Counted from the stretch's first letter, positions 18,166 through 28,994 are shown. The stretch is DNA of 64,000 bases from Candidatus Poribacteria bacterium (GCA_963663765.2 CAXXUA010000015.1:224001-288000); one strand, 5' to 3'. Notes: a model not told the origin generated them from the letters alone. Translations and numbers: made by a program.

Positions 18166-20625
18166 CTATTGACTACTACACAGTTCATTTAAGGGGACAA
18201 CACGATCAGTACCAGCAGGTAAATACGCCAAAATCATACCATCAACAGGCAGACTACGATCAGCAACAACTCCCGTACTTCGTTCTGCTGTCAACCCTTT
18301 GGAGAGAAGAAGATAAAAAGTATCTTTATACCAACCCGGTGTCGTGAAGAAATTACCTTGACCTTTTGAAATTACAATATCAGCTTCCAACAGAGCATTG
18401 AGGAATTCAGGTGTCGCATTATAGAGATTAGTACCAATCGTCTTCGCTCCTGACGACATGAGTGTGATTGCACCGTCCTGAATAGCACTTTGAATCTCCT
18501 CAAATTGCGGGTAATTTGTAATCTCATGTAATTCTGCTAACGTCACATCATTGCTTGCGTTGTCTACCTTTCCAACTATACATAGACGATGTCCACAACC
18601 AACGAGTTCCTGTATGAAAGCCATATCAAAGATTATTTCTCCATCGTTGTCCGCAAGCCACAAAATCTTTTGAGAGTGAGCATCTAATACTTTTTCCTGA
18701 AATTGATCATAACAATCAATAGCAAAGGGGGTTATTACCGCAGCGCGAAGTGCTTGAGAAAAATAGTCAGGATCAGCATTTATTTTTTGGACGACGCGCG
18801 CACTACTATAGTCAATCACGTTACCAGCAACAACAAGCTTTAACCTTGTTAACCAATCGTTATCCCAAAACTCTGGTATCAAATCAAGGGCTGTTTTCCG
18901 AGCTTTGAGTTTATCGTCATGATAGGGATTCAGGTTACCAGTATACAGATCCACCATCTCAAAGATCGTTCCCCATAGTTCCTCAGGGGTAAGTGACTCA
19001 ATCAGATAATTACCATTTGAAAGCTGCATATCCAAGAGTGTATCTACCGCATTGCTCACAGTTTCCTGCACTTTGGAGTTGCGCGTTGCACGAGGAATCA
19101 ACTCAGTTGCACTATGGGAACGAACATGCTTTCGAAGGTTCTCCCAATCCGGTAAATCCTTCTTTTCACCAAAAGTGAAAACACCCGGTCTATAATTCGC
19201 TGGTACAATTTGCTTGAAAAGGGAACTTGGAACTCCGATAGGAGATTCCGCAGGAGGTACACCTAACCTGTGATTCTTCAACCTTACACCAGATGGGATG
19301 ACTGTTGCATGTGCTTGAATGTCTGTAAGGTTGACTTTACTTCCAACGGTAACACCATCAAAAATGCAGTTATTGATAGTACTTACAGTGGCAATACCAC
19401 GAACAGGTTCTGAAATCACTGAGGGTAAGGTGTTCATCTCAAATGTCGTATCGGTAGCAGTGACATTCTGCAAACCAATGGAATCACCAACGTTTGTTGT
19501 ACCCTTTAGTGTAACATTTTCCAATCTACAGTAATCACCGATGGCAACATCTTTCCCGATATGAATTCTACCGAGGAGATAACATGCAGTTCCAATTTCA
19601 ACGACTTCGCTACCTAAAGTAATCTGAGCAGCAGGATCGACTCGTATGCCTTTTCCAGCAAGGAATTCGCGTGTCTTAGCAAACATCGCAGCTTCACCTG
19701 ACAGCACATTTGACCAGCGATTTACGCCTGACAAGACTTCACCACGATAGATAAATGCATTCGTCTTTAGTCCATCTTCATAGCATAAGCGAATAAGATC
19801 GACGTGATGCAGTTCGTTCTTTCGGTTTGCATGCGGCTGCAAACGATGGATACGTTCCAGTAACGCACTCTTTCGTATGATTGTGATGCCAGTGTTGGTA
19901 TATGCTTCGCTCCGTTCTAATCGCTGCCACATCTCTACTTTTTCTAACTCTGACATGTCATACCATTCTTTTGTACCAATGAACTTGTTGTCAGTATCAA
20001 AAAAGAGACCGCCTTTATCAATCACTGTGTCAGGTATTTTGCCACATAGTGTGACATCAGAATCGGTGAGGATATGAGATAACAGAGTTTGGACGAATAT
20101 GGTCCGGTCTAAGAAAGGTTCGTCACCGAATGCCACGCCAACCCACTCTGCATCTGAGTCTTGTATCTCCGGTAGTGCTGCTTGCAACGCACCACCTGTG
20201 CCGTTCATCTCTTCTTGGATGCAGGGGACGGCATTTTCACCTAACATGCAATTACGTATATCACTTTCTGCTATCCTTGCTGCCATTTGTGGATTGATAA
20301 CTATTATACGTGGACGATTTCCGGGCAAAAATCGACATGACTGCTGCAGCATGTTCTGCTCTCCAAACACAATATCTAATGTCTTACTCATCTGTCCTGT
20401 GGGATCAATTCGTGTTCCTTTCCCTGCTGCAAGCACAACCCATTGCGGTGAAAGGTAACTTTCAAGGACATCTACTGGAAGTGAGTTAAGGTGGGAGATT
20501 AAGTTGTCTTGGGTAACATCATCGGTATCAGTTACATCTTGAATTTTGCAACCGAGTATGTTTTCAATTAACTCTGTCTTATCTTCCGTTAATTGTGCTT
20601 TGGAGTTGAGCATATCATTACTCAT
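18166..20625 (-). CDS. Fusion protein: GlmU-like nucleotidyltransferase + short left-handed beta-helix + ARMT1/DUF89 phosphatase
   Basis: VVLAAGKGTR, IQEEMNGTGGA, GDEPFL, GVN; hexapeptide-like region; C-terminal AGNVIDY, LADNDGE, NDVT, ISKGQGNF. Start placed at MSND (SD GGAG). Confidence 0.8.
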   Translation of the reverse strand: MSNDMLNSKAQLTEDKTELIENILGCKIQDVTDTDDVTQDNLISHLNSLPVDVLESYLSPQWVVLAAGKGTRIDPTGQMSKTLDIVFGEQNMLQQSCRFLPGNRPRIIVINPQMAARIAESDIRNCMLGENAVPCIQEEMNGTGGALQAALPEIQDSDAEWVGVAFGDEPFLDRTIFVQTLLSHILTDSDVTLCGKIPDTVIDKGGLFFDTDNKFIGTKEWYDMSELEKVEMWQRLERSEAYTNTGITIIRKSALLERIHRLQPHANRKNELHHVDLIRLCYEDGLKTNAFIYRGEVLSGVNRWSNVLSGEAAMFAKTREFLAGKGIRVDPAAQITLGSEVVEIGTACYLLGRIHIGKDVAIGDYCRLENVTLKGTTNVGDSIGLQNVTATDTTFEMNTLPSVISEPVRGIATVSTINNCIFDGVTVGSKVNLTDIQAHATVIPSGVRLKNHRLGVPPAESPIGVPSSLFKQIVPANYRPGVFTFGEKKDLPDWENLRKHVRSHSATELIPRATRNSKVQETVSNAVDTLLDMQLSNGNYLIESLTPEELWGTIFEMVDLYTGNLNPYHDDKLKARKTALDLIPEFWDNDWLTRLKLVVAGNVIDYSSARVVQKINADPDYFSQALRAAVITPFAIDCYDQFQEKVLDAHSQKILWLADNDGEIIFDMAFIQELVGCGHRLCIVGKVDNASNDVTLAELHEITNYPQFEEIQSAIQDGAITLMSSGAKTIGTNLYNATPEFLNALLEADIVISKGQGNFFTTPGWYKDTFYLLLSKGLTAERSTGVVADRSLPVDGMILAYLPAGTDRVVPLNELCSSQ

Positions 20626-20731
20626 TAAAATGCATTCTCCAGTTTTATAAGTAATAAGGCGTGCATCCAAGTAAATGGTCATAAGGACACACGCCTTGTT
20701 TCTTGTATATGACAATCCGACAGATTAGTCT

Positions 20732-21544
20732 TTAGTCTTGCTTGAGGTCTCCCCAAGTGGTTGCTAACTTTCCAGTTGGTTCAACGGGAAGGACACCAGA
20801 TGCTAATTCATCAATTTCGTTTGCATCTATGACTCTATTGTAAAGACGAACTTCATCAACGAGTCCGGTCCATGATGTGCCATTGTTATCTTTAGCACCC
20901 CTACCGATCACGAATTTGGAAGCTTTAGAGATTTCACCTTGGGCAGCGGCAGAATTGAACACGGGTTCATCAAGTACACCGTCAATATAGAGTGAAAGGA
21001 CTTCACCACTTTTCCATGTTAGAACGATATGTTGCCATTCTGTAGTCTGTGTGTTGTTTGCACTCTCATACCTTTGGTCACCACTTGTAGTTGAAATACC
21101 TGCTTTGATTAGGTTAGTACCACCACCTTTGAAATCCCAACTTGCGGAATCGTAGCGTAGCGTAAACACATCGTCTGCTCCCGCAGGATCTATACCATGA
21201 AAAATACCAAAGTCGTGCGGTGCAGTATCGGATTTTACCCAAACAGAGACGGAAAATTCCTCAAGTCCGTTGATATAGTCTGCACCATCTGCATCTTCTG
21301 CGGAACTTGCAGACCCATCAAGTCTCAAAGCACCACCAATTTTTCCTTCGTCAGTTGCCCAAGCGGCATTACCAGTCAGTTCTGCATCGTTTCCATTTTT
21401 GCTATCATCTGTTGCTGAGGTACCGGATGTTTCATCAAAGGGATAGTAAACGATTAAACCATCGTTAATACCTGCACTTGCAATTGCACTGAAATACACA
21501 GCGAATATGAGAGTAAATACTATAAGCAATAGTTTGTTACGCAT
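20732..21544 (-). CDS. Secreted LamG/concanavalin A-like domain protein with C-terminal PVEPTGKLATTWGDLK motif
   Basis: YYPFDE, GKIGGALRLDG, EWQHIVLTW, GLVDEVRLYNR. True start MRNK (SD GGAGG); the ORF-track extension lies in a MITE. Confidence 0.9.
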   Translation of the reverse strand: MRNKLLLIVFTLIFAVYFSAIASAGINDGLIVYYPFDETSGTSATDDSKNGNDAELTGNAAWATDEGKIGGALRLDGSASSAEDADGADYINGLEEFSVSVWVKSDTAPHDFGIFHGIDPAGADDVFTLRYDSASWDFKGGGTNLIKAGISTTSGDQRYESANNTQTTEWQHIVLTWKSGEVLSLYIDGVLDEPVFNSAAAQGEISKASKFVIGRGAKDNNGTSWTGLVDEVRLYNRVIDANEIDELASGVLPVEPTGKLATTWGDLKQD

Positions 21545-21562
21545 TTTTTCCTCCAAAATAAC

Positions 21563-21754
21563 TATGGTTAAATTTGAAAATAAGTTTACATTTCTACAAT
21601 TTACCATATTGGTTGTCATATAAGTATTCTATTCTTTTCTTTGGTAGGAGCGACCTCCTGGTCGCGACCGTTTTGATACTTGGTCACCATACGGTCGCGA
21701 CCAGGAGGTCGCTCCTACCTGTGAAAATGTGTAATTAATTCCATAATTTACCAT
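21563..21754. mobile_element. MITE family D with an inverted REP doublet
   Basis: TATGGTTAAATT...AATTTACCATA; GGTAGGAGCGACCTCCTGGTCGCGACCG...CGGTCGCGACCAGGAGGTCGCTCCTACC. Confidence 0.8.
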
Positions 21755-21845
21755 AATCTAAAAACAAATTAATTAGTTTAATCTTGTTTTTTCATAGTAG
21801 ACGCACTACGAAGTACGCCTACTGTGTTATAATCCATAAGTGGTT

Positions 21846-22661
21846 TTACCATAGATGTTTTAGGTTACCCCAAACAGTTACTAATTTGCCACGCGCTTCA
21901 ACAGGGGTAACATTAATGCCTGATGCTAAGCTTGTAATTTCTGCTTCGTCTAGTACCCTATTGTAGAGATGGACTTCGTCAATCAGACCGTTCCATGAGG
22001 CGTTGGCATCTTTGCCACCTTTTCCGATCACGAATTTTGTGGCATCGGTGATTTCACCTTCCACGCCATCGTTATTATCGGTTGGCTCATCAAGTTCACC
22101 ATTAATGAAGAGAGCGATTTGGTTGCCACTACTCCACGTTATAATAAGGTGTTGCCATTCTGTAGTTTGTACCCCGCTTGCACTTTCATACTGTTGTGGA
22201 CCACCGGTTGTATTAATGCCTACTTTGATAACGTTTGTACCGCCTCCAGTAAAACCAGCGGAATCATAGCGTAGCGTAAATACAACATCTCCTCCATCAG
22301 GATCAATGCCGTGGAAAATGCCTCTATCGGAGTTATCCGCTGCGGATTTTACCCAGACTGAGACTGAAAAAGCAGTAAGTCCATTGATGTAGTTTGCCCC
22401 ATTGCTATCTTCAGCGGAACTACCAGCGCTGCCATCAAGCTTCAAAGCACCACCAATTTTTCCACCGTTTGGTTCCCAACTAGCACTACCTGTAAGTGTT
22501 GCTTCGTTGCCATTTCCTAACACGTCAGAAGCAGTTGTTCCATCCGATTCATCAAATGACCAATAGACAAGTAAACCATCTTGTAAACTCGCTGCTGCAA
22601 CATAACTGAAAAAAAGCATAACGAAAAGTATGAAGAGTGGAAGTATAAACCATTTTTGCAT
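21846..22661 (-). CDS. Secreted LamG-like protein, tandem paralog of 20732-21544
   Basis: Same motifs (FTLRYDSA, QTTEWQH, DEVHLYNR) and C-terminal PVEARGKLVTVWGNLK. Confidence 0.9.
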   Translation of the reverse strand: MQKWFILPLFILFVMLFFSYVAAASLQDGLLVYWSFDESDGTTASDVLGNGNEATLTGSASWEPNGGKIGGALKLDGSAGSSAEDSNGANYINGLTAFSVSVWVKSAADNSDRGIFHGIDPDGGDVVFTLRYDSAGFTGGGTNVIKVGINTTGGPQQYESASGVQTTEWQHLIITWSSGNQIALFINGELDEPTDNNDGVEGEITDATKFVIGKGGKDANASWNGLIDEVHLYNRVLDEAEITSLASGINVTPVEARGKLVTVWGNLKHLW

Positions 22662-22828
22662 TTTATATTCTCCTTATTGCTCCAATGTACGGGAACTTTG
22701 ATACATACACTGAATGAAATAATTATATCAACTTAAGATGCTGCCTAACCAACAATTTTGGTTAGGCTCCTAAAAATTCTATATCGAGGCATATTGAAAA
22801 CTAAATTTCAATTAATTTTTCAACTGTA

Positions 22829-23052
22829 ACGAGTTGTGCTAAATAACTGTATGTTAATCAATGTTTCACATAAACATGACGTTGGCAGGTGTACTTCATA
22901 GTTTGTAACGATCTTCAGTCCCGTAGGGACGATATGTTTATAGAAAAACGTCATAGTACATCCTCTTTAGTCCCGTAGGGACGATATGTGTGCATTATAA
23001 ACCTAATATATGTAAAAACTTTGAAAACAATGAGCTAACTAGCACAAGTCGT
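22829..23052. mobile_element. MITE family B (TIR ACGA(G/C)TTGTGC), TSD AACTGTA(A)
   Basis: ACGAGTTGTGCTA...TAGCACAAGTCGT with two AGTCCCGTAGGGACGA units; reverse-complement match to 30878-31102. Confidence 0.88.
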
Positions 23053-23239
23053 AACTGTAATATATGTATTATATCATGTATTAACTTGTTCTGTCAAAAT
23101 TGACTGAAATATAATCTAAGTTGAAATAAGTGGAGATGTTATCATTGATAATCCGAATACAATCTTGCACAAAACCTCTCTGGAAATTGTGCCTTTGTTG
23201 GTATCCTATATTTTGCATTTATAATCAGTGGCAGCGTAT

Positions 23240-24706
23240 TTAGTCGCTATCGCCTAATTCTGTTTGGATATTTTGAAACTTTTCCAATGCAGTCTGTAAA
23301 TTCTGTGTGATTTCTGCGGCTAATATATCAGGCGTTGGAAGGTTTGCTATATTCTCAAGTGAATCCTCTTTTAACCAGAAGATATCAAGGTTAGCGTGTT
23401 CGCGTTTTGTAAGTTCCTCGTAACTGAATGCTCGAAAACGTTCCGTTTCAACCCGTTTGTACCTGTTCTCTGGATTATAGACATTTACGAAATCCTGTAT
23501 ATCACTGTCGCGTAAAGGATTTGTTTTGAGTGTGAAACGTTTGTTTGTCCGTAGGTCATAGATCCAGAGTTTCTGTGTCCACGGTTCCTGATGTGCATGA
23601 CGTTTGTCAAAAAAGAGGACGTTTGCTTTTACACCTTGCGCATAGAAGATACCAGTAGGCAATCGTAATAGTGTATGGACATCAAATTGTTTTAGTAATT
23701 GCCTGCGAATTGTTTCTCCTGCACCCCGTTCAAAGAGGACATTATCGGGGAGTACTACAGCAGCACGACCGTCTTCCTTTAAAATCGTTTTGATGTGCTG
23801 TAGGAAGTTAAACTGTTTATTTGAAGTTGTTGCCCAAAAATCGTCGCGTTCATAGGTATGTGATGCCTTGCTACGTTTTTCACCGTCGGTGGTGATTGTA
23901 ACACTACTCTTGTTCCCAAATGGAGGATTAGTCAGCACCATATCGTAACGTTTACTTGGATCTTTGCCAAGACTATCGTTGGTTGTGATAGGACTCTCTG
24001 CACCATCAATTCCGTGTAGGTATAGATTCATCACACAGAGACGGACAACGTTATCAACGATGTCTGTTCCAGCAAAAGTCTGAAATCTGAGGAACTTCTT
24101 CTGTTCATGGGTTAATGTGGGGCGATATGTTTCTGAAATATACTCATAAGCAGCGAGAAAGAAACCACCTGTACCGCACGCTGGATCACAGATCGTTTTC
24201 ATTGGTTTCGGTTGCATCACTGCTACGATTGCTTTGATAAGTGGACGAGGTGTGAAATACTGCCCTGCACCGCTTTTGGTATCTTCAGCGTTTTTCTGTA
24301 AAAGTCCCTCGTAAATTGTGCCTTTGACATCAGCTGCCATCCCGCTCCAGTTTTCTGCATCAATGAGCTTGATAAGCCGTTGAAGGTGAGCGGGAGTCTG
24401 TATGCGATTTTGTGATTTTCGGAAAATAACACCAAGCAACCCTTTCTCATTACTCAATTCGCGGAGAATTTTGACATATTGATTCTCTAACTCGGCACCG
24501 CTCTCTTTGAGTAGACTTTCCCAATCCAAACCAGCAGGTATTTTAGACGAACTGTTAGTAGGTAGTTTACGTTGTTCGTCAGCGAGTTTGAGAAAAAGCA
24601 GATACGTGAGTTGTTCTACGTAATCTCCGTAACTGACCCCGTCATCTCGGAGAACATTGCAGAAATTCCATAGTTTTTGAACAATTGTTGCTGATTCGTT
24701 TGGCAT
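23240..24706 (-). CDS. hsdM: Type I R-M N6-adenine methyltransferase subunit
   Basis: IVQKLWNFCNVLRDDG, GAGQYFTPR, DPACGTGGF, NPPF, LRLPTGIF. Confidence 0.96.
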   Translation of the reverse strand: MPNESATIVQKLWNFCNVLRDDGVSYGDYVEQLTYLLFLKLADEQRKLPTNSSSKIPAGLDWESLLKESGAELENQYVKILRELSNEKGLLGVIFRKSQNRIQTPAHLQRLIKLIDAENWSGMAADVKGTIYEGLLQKNAEDTKSGAGQYFTPRPLIKAIVAVMQPKPMKTICDPACGTGGFFLAAYEYISETYRPTLTHEQKKFLRFQTFAGTDIVDNVVRLCVMNLYLHGIDGAESPITTNDSLGKDPSKRYDMVLTNPPFGNKSSVTITTDGEKRSKASHTYERDDFWATTSNKQFNFLQHIKTILKEDGRAAVVLPDNVLFERGAGETIRRQLLKQFDVHTLLRLPTGIFYAQGVKANVLFFDKRHAHQEPWTQKLWIYDLRTNKRFTLKTNPLRDSDIQDFVNVYNPENRYKRVETERFRAFSYEELTKREHANLDIFWLKEDSLENIANLPTPDILAAEITQNLQTALEKFQNIQTELGDSD

Positions 24707-24714
24707 CTTTGTGA

Positions 24715-25203
24715 TTACTCTCTTTCTGCTGTGAGTGTTTGGTGATAAAGTTTATCACTAATTCGCGTTCCATGGAAGCGAAGATCATCAAGTATTGGTT
24801 TGATTGCTGGAATGACACGCCGCGCTTTCGCGACACGTAGAACACCAACTGTTCCAATCACAGATAAGCCTTTTGCGATTGCTACTTGTCTTGCCACGCG
24901 GTCATCAATAATGACTCTTTCTGCGCCAATTTCTTGAGCAAGCACAATAGCACCGCACTCGCCTAAATCAATCAGTGTTCGGTTGTGAAGTATTAAGACT
25001 TGATCTTTATCTGTTACCGGTTGGCAGATGATCCAATCTGCCGATGCTACCTCCGCCGCACCGGGCTTTCCAACTCCATTAACAACGACTTCAGTATAAA
25101 CTTCCTCTGGAATGTAGATTGAACGGTATACTTCCCGCAGTAGTTCTAACCGATTGATTTTGGAGAGTGCTATCAACGGTGTGCTATTCGTAACTACCTT
25201 CAT
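24715..25203 (-). CDS. DUF3368 PIN-domain protein
   Basis: VVTNSTPLIAL, IPEEVYTE, DLGECGAI, IIDDRVAR, GTVGVL. Confidence 0.88.
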   Translation of the reverse strand: MKVVTNSTPLIALSKINRLELLREVYRSIYIPEEVYTEVVVNGVGKPGAAEVASADWIICQPVTDKDQVLILHNRTLIDLGECGAIVLAQEIGAERVIIDDRVARQVAIAKGLSVIGTVGVLRVAKARRVIPAIKPILDDLRFHGTRISDKLYHQTLTAERE

Positions 25204-25490
25204 GATTCAGATTCATCAAAATCTTTTAACGCGTTTTTAACTTCAGCGTCTAACGTTTCTTCCGTAAGACTGTCGTCAAAAGGGGAGATTCCGGCTTCAT
25301 ACATCAGCTCCGAGAGATCCCATCTTGAAATGTTTAGCAGCCCTGCCGCTCTACCAGCACTGATGTCACCTTGACGCAAAAGTTCAAGCACAAAAGCTTC
25401 TCGCGCCTTGCACTCAGCATCAATTTTGTGCTGCAGTAAGACCTCATCAAGCGGTAATGTAAATCGGACTTCAACTTCTGTTTTTGCCAT
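25200..25490 (-). CDS. UPF0175 family protein (HTH; putative antitoxin partner of DUF3368)
   Basis: LELLRQGDISAGRAAGLLNISRWDL...GI; 4-bp overlap with DUF3368. Confidence 0.85.
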   Translation of the reverse strand: MAKTEVEVRFTLPLDEVLLQHKIDAECKAREAFVLELLRQGDISAGRAAGLLNISRWDLSELMYEAGISPFDDSLTEETLDAEVKNALKDFDESES

Positions 25491-25529
25491 GTGGGCACCT
25501 CAGTTGTTTCTAAATTTCTATAAGAAATC

Positions 25530-25640
25530 GTTTATCAAATGCTTTTTTCAGAATATCAAATGCTTTTTTCAGAAATTCGGATTTCGTCTAATTCGCGCTG
25601 TACCTGTTTCTGAAACAGCACTTTGTCTTCAGCTCCTCAT
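25530..25640 (-). pseudogene. Remnant (third copy) of the 5' end of gene 28995-29408
   Basis: 25577-25628 encodes DKVLFQKQVQRELDEIR, near-identical in DNA to 29313-29364; a ~21-bp direct duplication and a stop follow. Confidence 0.75.
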
Positions 25641-25681
25641 GTGTCTTCCAATCTGCAATCACCTATTAAAATATGCATATC

Positions 25682-25954
25682 CTATATCTTGTCACGCTTT
25701 TCCATATTACATGGACGACACAGCAAAATCATATTATTCCATACAGTTAATCCACCTTGAGAGTAAGGTTTAATATGATCAGCCTCAAGCTGCTGAAAAC
25801 CTGCTACTCCTGCGAAACCCTTATTGCAATTTGGGCATACATATCCGCCACGACTATCATTGAAGTTTCTGCGAAAATAGGATTCTTTCCAGATACTCGG
25901 AAAATACCGATTACGCGGATCCCTTGTAGGAAGATTAGATGGCTGTGAACTCAA
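25682..25954 (-). CDS. Small HNH endonuclease
   Basis: CPNC...EADHIKPYSQGGLT.WNN..LLCRPCN..K; translationally coupled to the DUF262 gene. Confidence 0.9.
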   Translation of the reverse strand: MSSQPSNLPTRDPRNRYFPSIWKESYFRRNFNDSRGGYVCPNCNKGFAGVAGFQQLEADHIKPYSQGGLTVWNNMILLCRPCNMEKRDKI

Positions 25955-27224
25955 TATGGGTGTTTCTCCACAATACTTGACAAGAGAACTTTTGCTATAT
26001 TACATTGAGCATTCTGTCCTCGTGTACCTTTCCATCTACCTCTCGCTTCTGGATATCCTTCTTTTTCACCAAGCCATTTAGCTCCTGCCCTACGTGGAGA
26101 GCGTATAAACTCACTTATCGCATCCCATGCATCATGACTCAACTTATTCACATCAAGATCCAATTCAACCGCAGCACCGATCAACAATGCTGTTTGCTTA
26201 TATTTATCAACACTCGCCCCTGGCATGCCGCGTCCAAGTATTGCTTCTATCCAAATTGCAAAATTCTGAAAATCCTTTTCAAGACCATTTCCGTATGTTG
26301 GGAAAATTGGTTCTCAATTTTGTGTATCAGTAAATTGTAGTTGTGCACAAAATGTATCAAGTGCTTGTTCTGTTGACCCATTATAGGTCATCGTAAGATG
26401 CTTCATTGTGTCTTGATTTGATATGAGCGTGTCCAACCTTTCTCTATGCGAAAACACAAGGTACCATAAAAACATTGCTGATGGCGTTTGTCCTTTTGCT
26501 TGTGCTTTTCCATCCCACCACTCAGACCAATATTGACAGGCAACTGGGTACTGAGCCCAAGGATTTTCAACTCCCTTCTTTTGAGCAGCTGCTATCATTC
26601 GTTGCGAAGAAGATGTATTTGAATAGATGCCTGCAAGTCGGACAAAATAAACTGACTTAGACTCACTGTAATATGAAAGTCGTATATCTTGTGCTGTTAG
26701 AGGCGTGCCTCCTTCGTTGATACGCCGGAATATTTCAAGTTTTGTGCCAAGATCAAGACGGGGAGGTAGATAGATAATTGTGAGAGGATAGTCATTAAAC
26801 ACTCTTTTAAATTTTTCATCCAGGTCTGAATACTTTTTCCCACTATAGTGTACACTTTGAGGAGAAAGATAATTAATGTCATCAGCTGCTTCTAAACAAA
26901 ACACGTTGCTCTCATACTTTCGAATCGTATTCAATCGCTGCTGACCATCAATGACTTCAATTGATCCGGTATCTTATCTTCTAAAAAAAAGAGTGCTGGT
27001 GTAGTCAAATTATTTAACAACGATTCAATAAAAAGAGATTCTTTGCGACGATCCCACTGCTCTGCATCTCGTTGATAGTCAGGGATAACAATCCTTTCAT
27101 TTTTCAAACGACTAATGATTGTTTCCACGTTTTCACTTTGCGTGCGAGTCGGGTCGCTAACGATTGGTCCAATGTCTATGTTTTCTTTAGTCATATTTAT
27201 ATCCATCACAAATTCAATATACAA
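25951..27224 (-). pseudogene. DUF262 (GmrSD/ParB-like) protein, broken by one frameshift and one in-frame TGA
   Basis: IPDYQR...W...ESLL, (V)IDGQQRL, EIFRRINEGGTPLT. Frameshift near the T8 run (~26983-26990); TGA at 26314-26316 is in frame with 25951-26226. Confidence 0.85.
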
Positions 27225-27291
27225 ACAGTTGACTATATGTCACGATTGTTGTTACATCTCTCAACACTTCGTAGTTGAGGTTACTAATATA

Positions 27292-27590
27292 ACGACTTGT
27301 GCCAGTTAACTAAATGTTTATACTAAATTCACATATATTGGGTATGGTATATAAACATTTCGTCCCTACGGGACTAAAGATCATCCAAAGCAAAAGAAGG
27401 ACGGTTAAATCCTCTTGTCTATGTGAAGTAAATTTTAATAAATAGCAGGACTTACGCACACAACGGTAGGCGTGCTTTGTAAGCGCGCCGGAAACCCATA
27501 AAAACGCTGGTAAAGGCATCATTTTCGCCATAATTTATGATTAAATCAAGAAAACTGCGTAAGTCCTGAATAGTTATTTAGCACAAGTCG
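27292..27590. mobile_element. MITE family B containing a nested MITE A
   Basis: ACGACTTGTGCCAGTTAAC...TTATTTAGCACAAGTCG, with an A-family element inside. Confidence 0.8.
27446..27568. mobile_element. MITE family A, TSD AATAG
   Basis: TIRs intact; AATAG duplicated. Confidence 0.9.
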
Positions 27591-27710
27591 CTACTTTCAG
27601 GCAATTGGTAATTTTTTCTGTACACGAAACTTGTCTATGACTGGGTTTTTCCGAAGAAAAAATTACCAATTTTACCAATTAGTAACTTAACGTAAATTGA
27701 GCAATATCCT

Positions 27711-27881
27711 GATTTGTGCCAGTTAACTAAATTTTTATACTAAATTCACATATGTTGGGAATGATATATAAACATTTCGTCCCTACAGGACTGAAGATCG
27801 TTTCAACCTATGAGGGACACCTGCAAAACGTTATGCTTATGTGAAACAATGGTTTACATAAAGTCATATAGCACAACTCGT
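27711..27881. mobile_element. MITE family B (degenerate left end)
   Basis: GATTTGTGCCAGTTAAC...TAGCACAACTCGT; interior matches 27300-27380 and 31000-31100. Confidence 0.75.
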
Positions 27882-27944
27882 TATATAGGTAATAGTCAAA
27901 AAAATCAAAATCTATTTCCAAACAATATAAAATAATGAACCGAG

Positions 27945-28402
27945 TCAACTTTTCATCTGGCGGAACAGCCATGCCGAGTCCTTGTATAGAGGACATAAGG
28001 TATTTAACATTGGAAGGAAACGGAAAAGCTCAACTAAATCAGTTAATTTACAAGTGCCTTTATCTTTTTGTCCGTTTCCTAAAGATGTTCCATAAATAAC
28101 TTTGTTGTCTCCATATACACTTATTGTACCGATTCCTTTAACGTGCTGTGATCGCCATTCAAGTCCAATTCCACCATCTGCTAACCAACCGAAATCTGGC
28201 ATAGGTACATTGTTATAAAAAAGTTTCTCTAATAAGTATCATCATAAGCAGAATCTGGCACAGGATCAATTTCATTGTCCAAGGCATAAGCGTTCTCAGC
28301 TTCTTGTCGGATTTCGTCGAATTCGCGCTGCACCTGTTTGCAAAACAGCACTTTGTCTGTTGGCGGTAACGGGAGAGCATGTTCCTTTTGTCCGGTTTCC
28401 AT
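27945..28402 (-). pseudogene. Frameshifted paralog of 28995-29408
   Basis: METGQKEHALPLPPTDKVLFCKQVQREFDEIRQEAENAYALDNEID..., frameshift near 28235, then MPDFGWLADGGIGLEW...SVYGDN. Confidence 0.8.
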
Positions 28403-28436
28403 ATTATTGTACCTTTATGAATGTTAAGAAAAAGAG

Positions 28437-28980
28437 TTATTCTGTTGGTATTAGCACTAATTTACTGGCATGAGCAAGCTTAGTTGCGATGGATCTTCGC
28501 GCTTTTCTGTCTGTAGGACTTTTCTCTACCGGAAAAGGTGTTATGTTCGCGTGCCTTTGAGGCGGTTCATCTGGTACAACTTCAAGACTATTCTCATAAA
28601 CAACGGCAGCGGAAAGATCAACTCTTGCCTTTATTGGTCTTTCTGCTGTTTGAACATATTCCCGTCCAATTTCCCATATCTCATTTTTTGAAAGTTCTTC
28701 ACTGTCATTGAGTCCCGAAATGCGAAACACGGATATATCAATACGTAAGGACTTACGCAAAAACTGTAGGCGTGCTTTGTAAGCGCGCCGGAAACCCATA
28801 AAAACGCTGATAATTGCATCATTTTCATCATAATTCTTGATTAAATCAAGAAAACTGCGTAAGTCCTGTACGTTTTCTATGTGGAAGAAAAACGTCGGGC
28901 TTAACTCTATTAGTTACAACTGAAAAATGACTACTATAGCGAATAAAACGGGTGAGTGTCTCACCCGGTGAAACATTCAT
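28437..28980 (-). pseudogene. Hypothetical protein (possible ADP-ribosyltransferase-like toxin) interrupted by MITE A
   Basis: Removing 28747-28868 and one TACGT copy restores one ORF: MNVSPGETLTRFIRYSSHF...RVKPDVFLPHRKRIDISVFRISG...PDEPPQRHANI...LIPTE. Confidence 0.75.
28747..28868. mobile_element. MITE family A, TSD TACGT, inserted in a CDS
   Basis: AAGGACTTACGCA...TGCGTAAGTCCTG flanked by TACGT. Confidence 0.9.
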
Positions 28981-28994
28981 AACAACAATCCTTA

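Noticed and set aside
21545-21619. N-terminal extension of the LamG ORF; likewise 42668-42706, 27310-27531 and 28631-28831
   Set aside because: These start codons and ORFs derive from MITE sequence; better starts with SD sites lie downstream.
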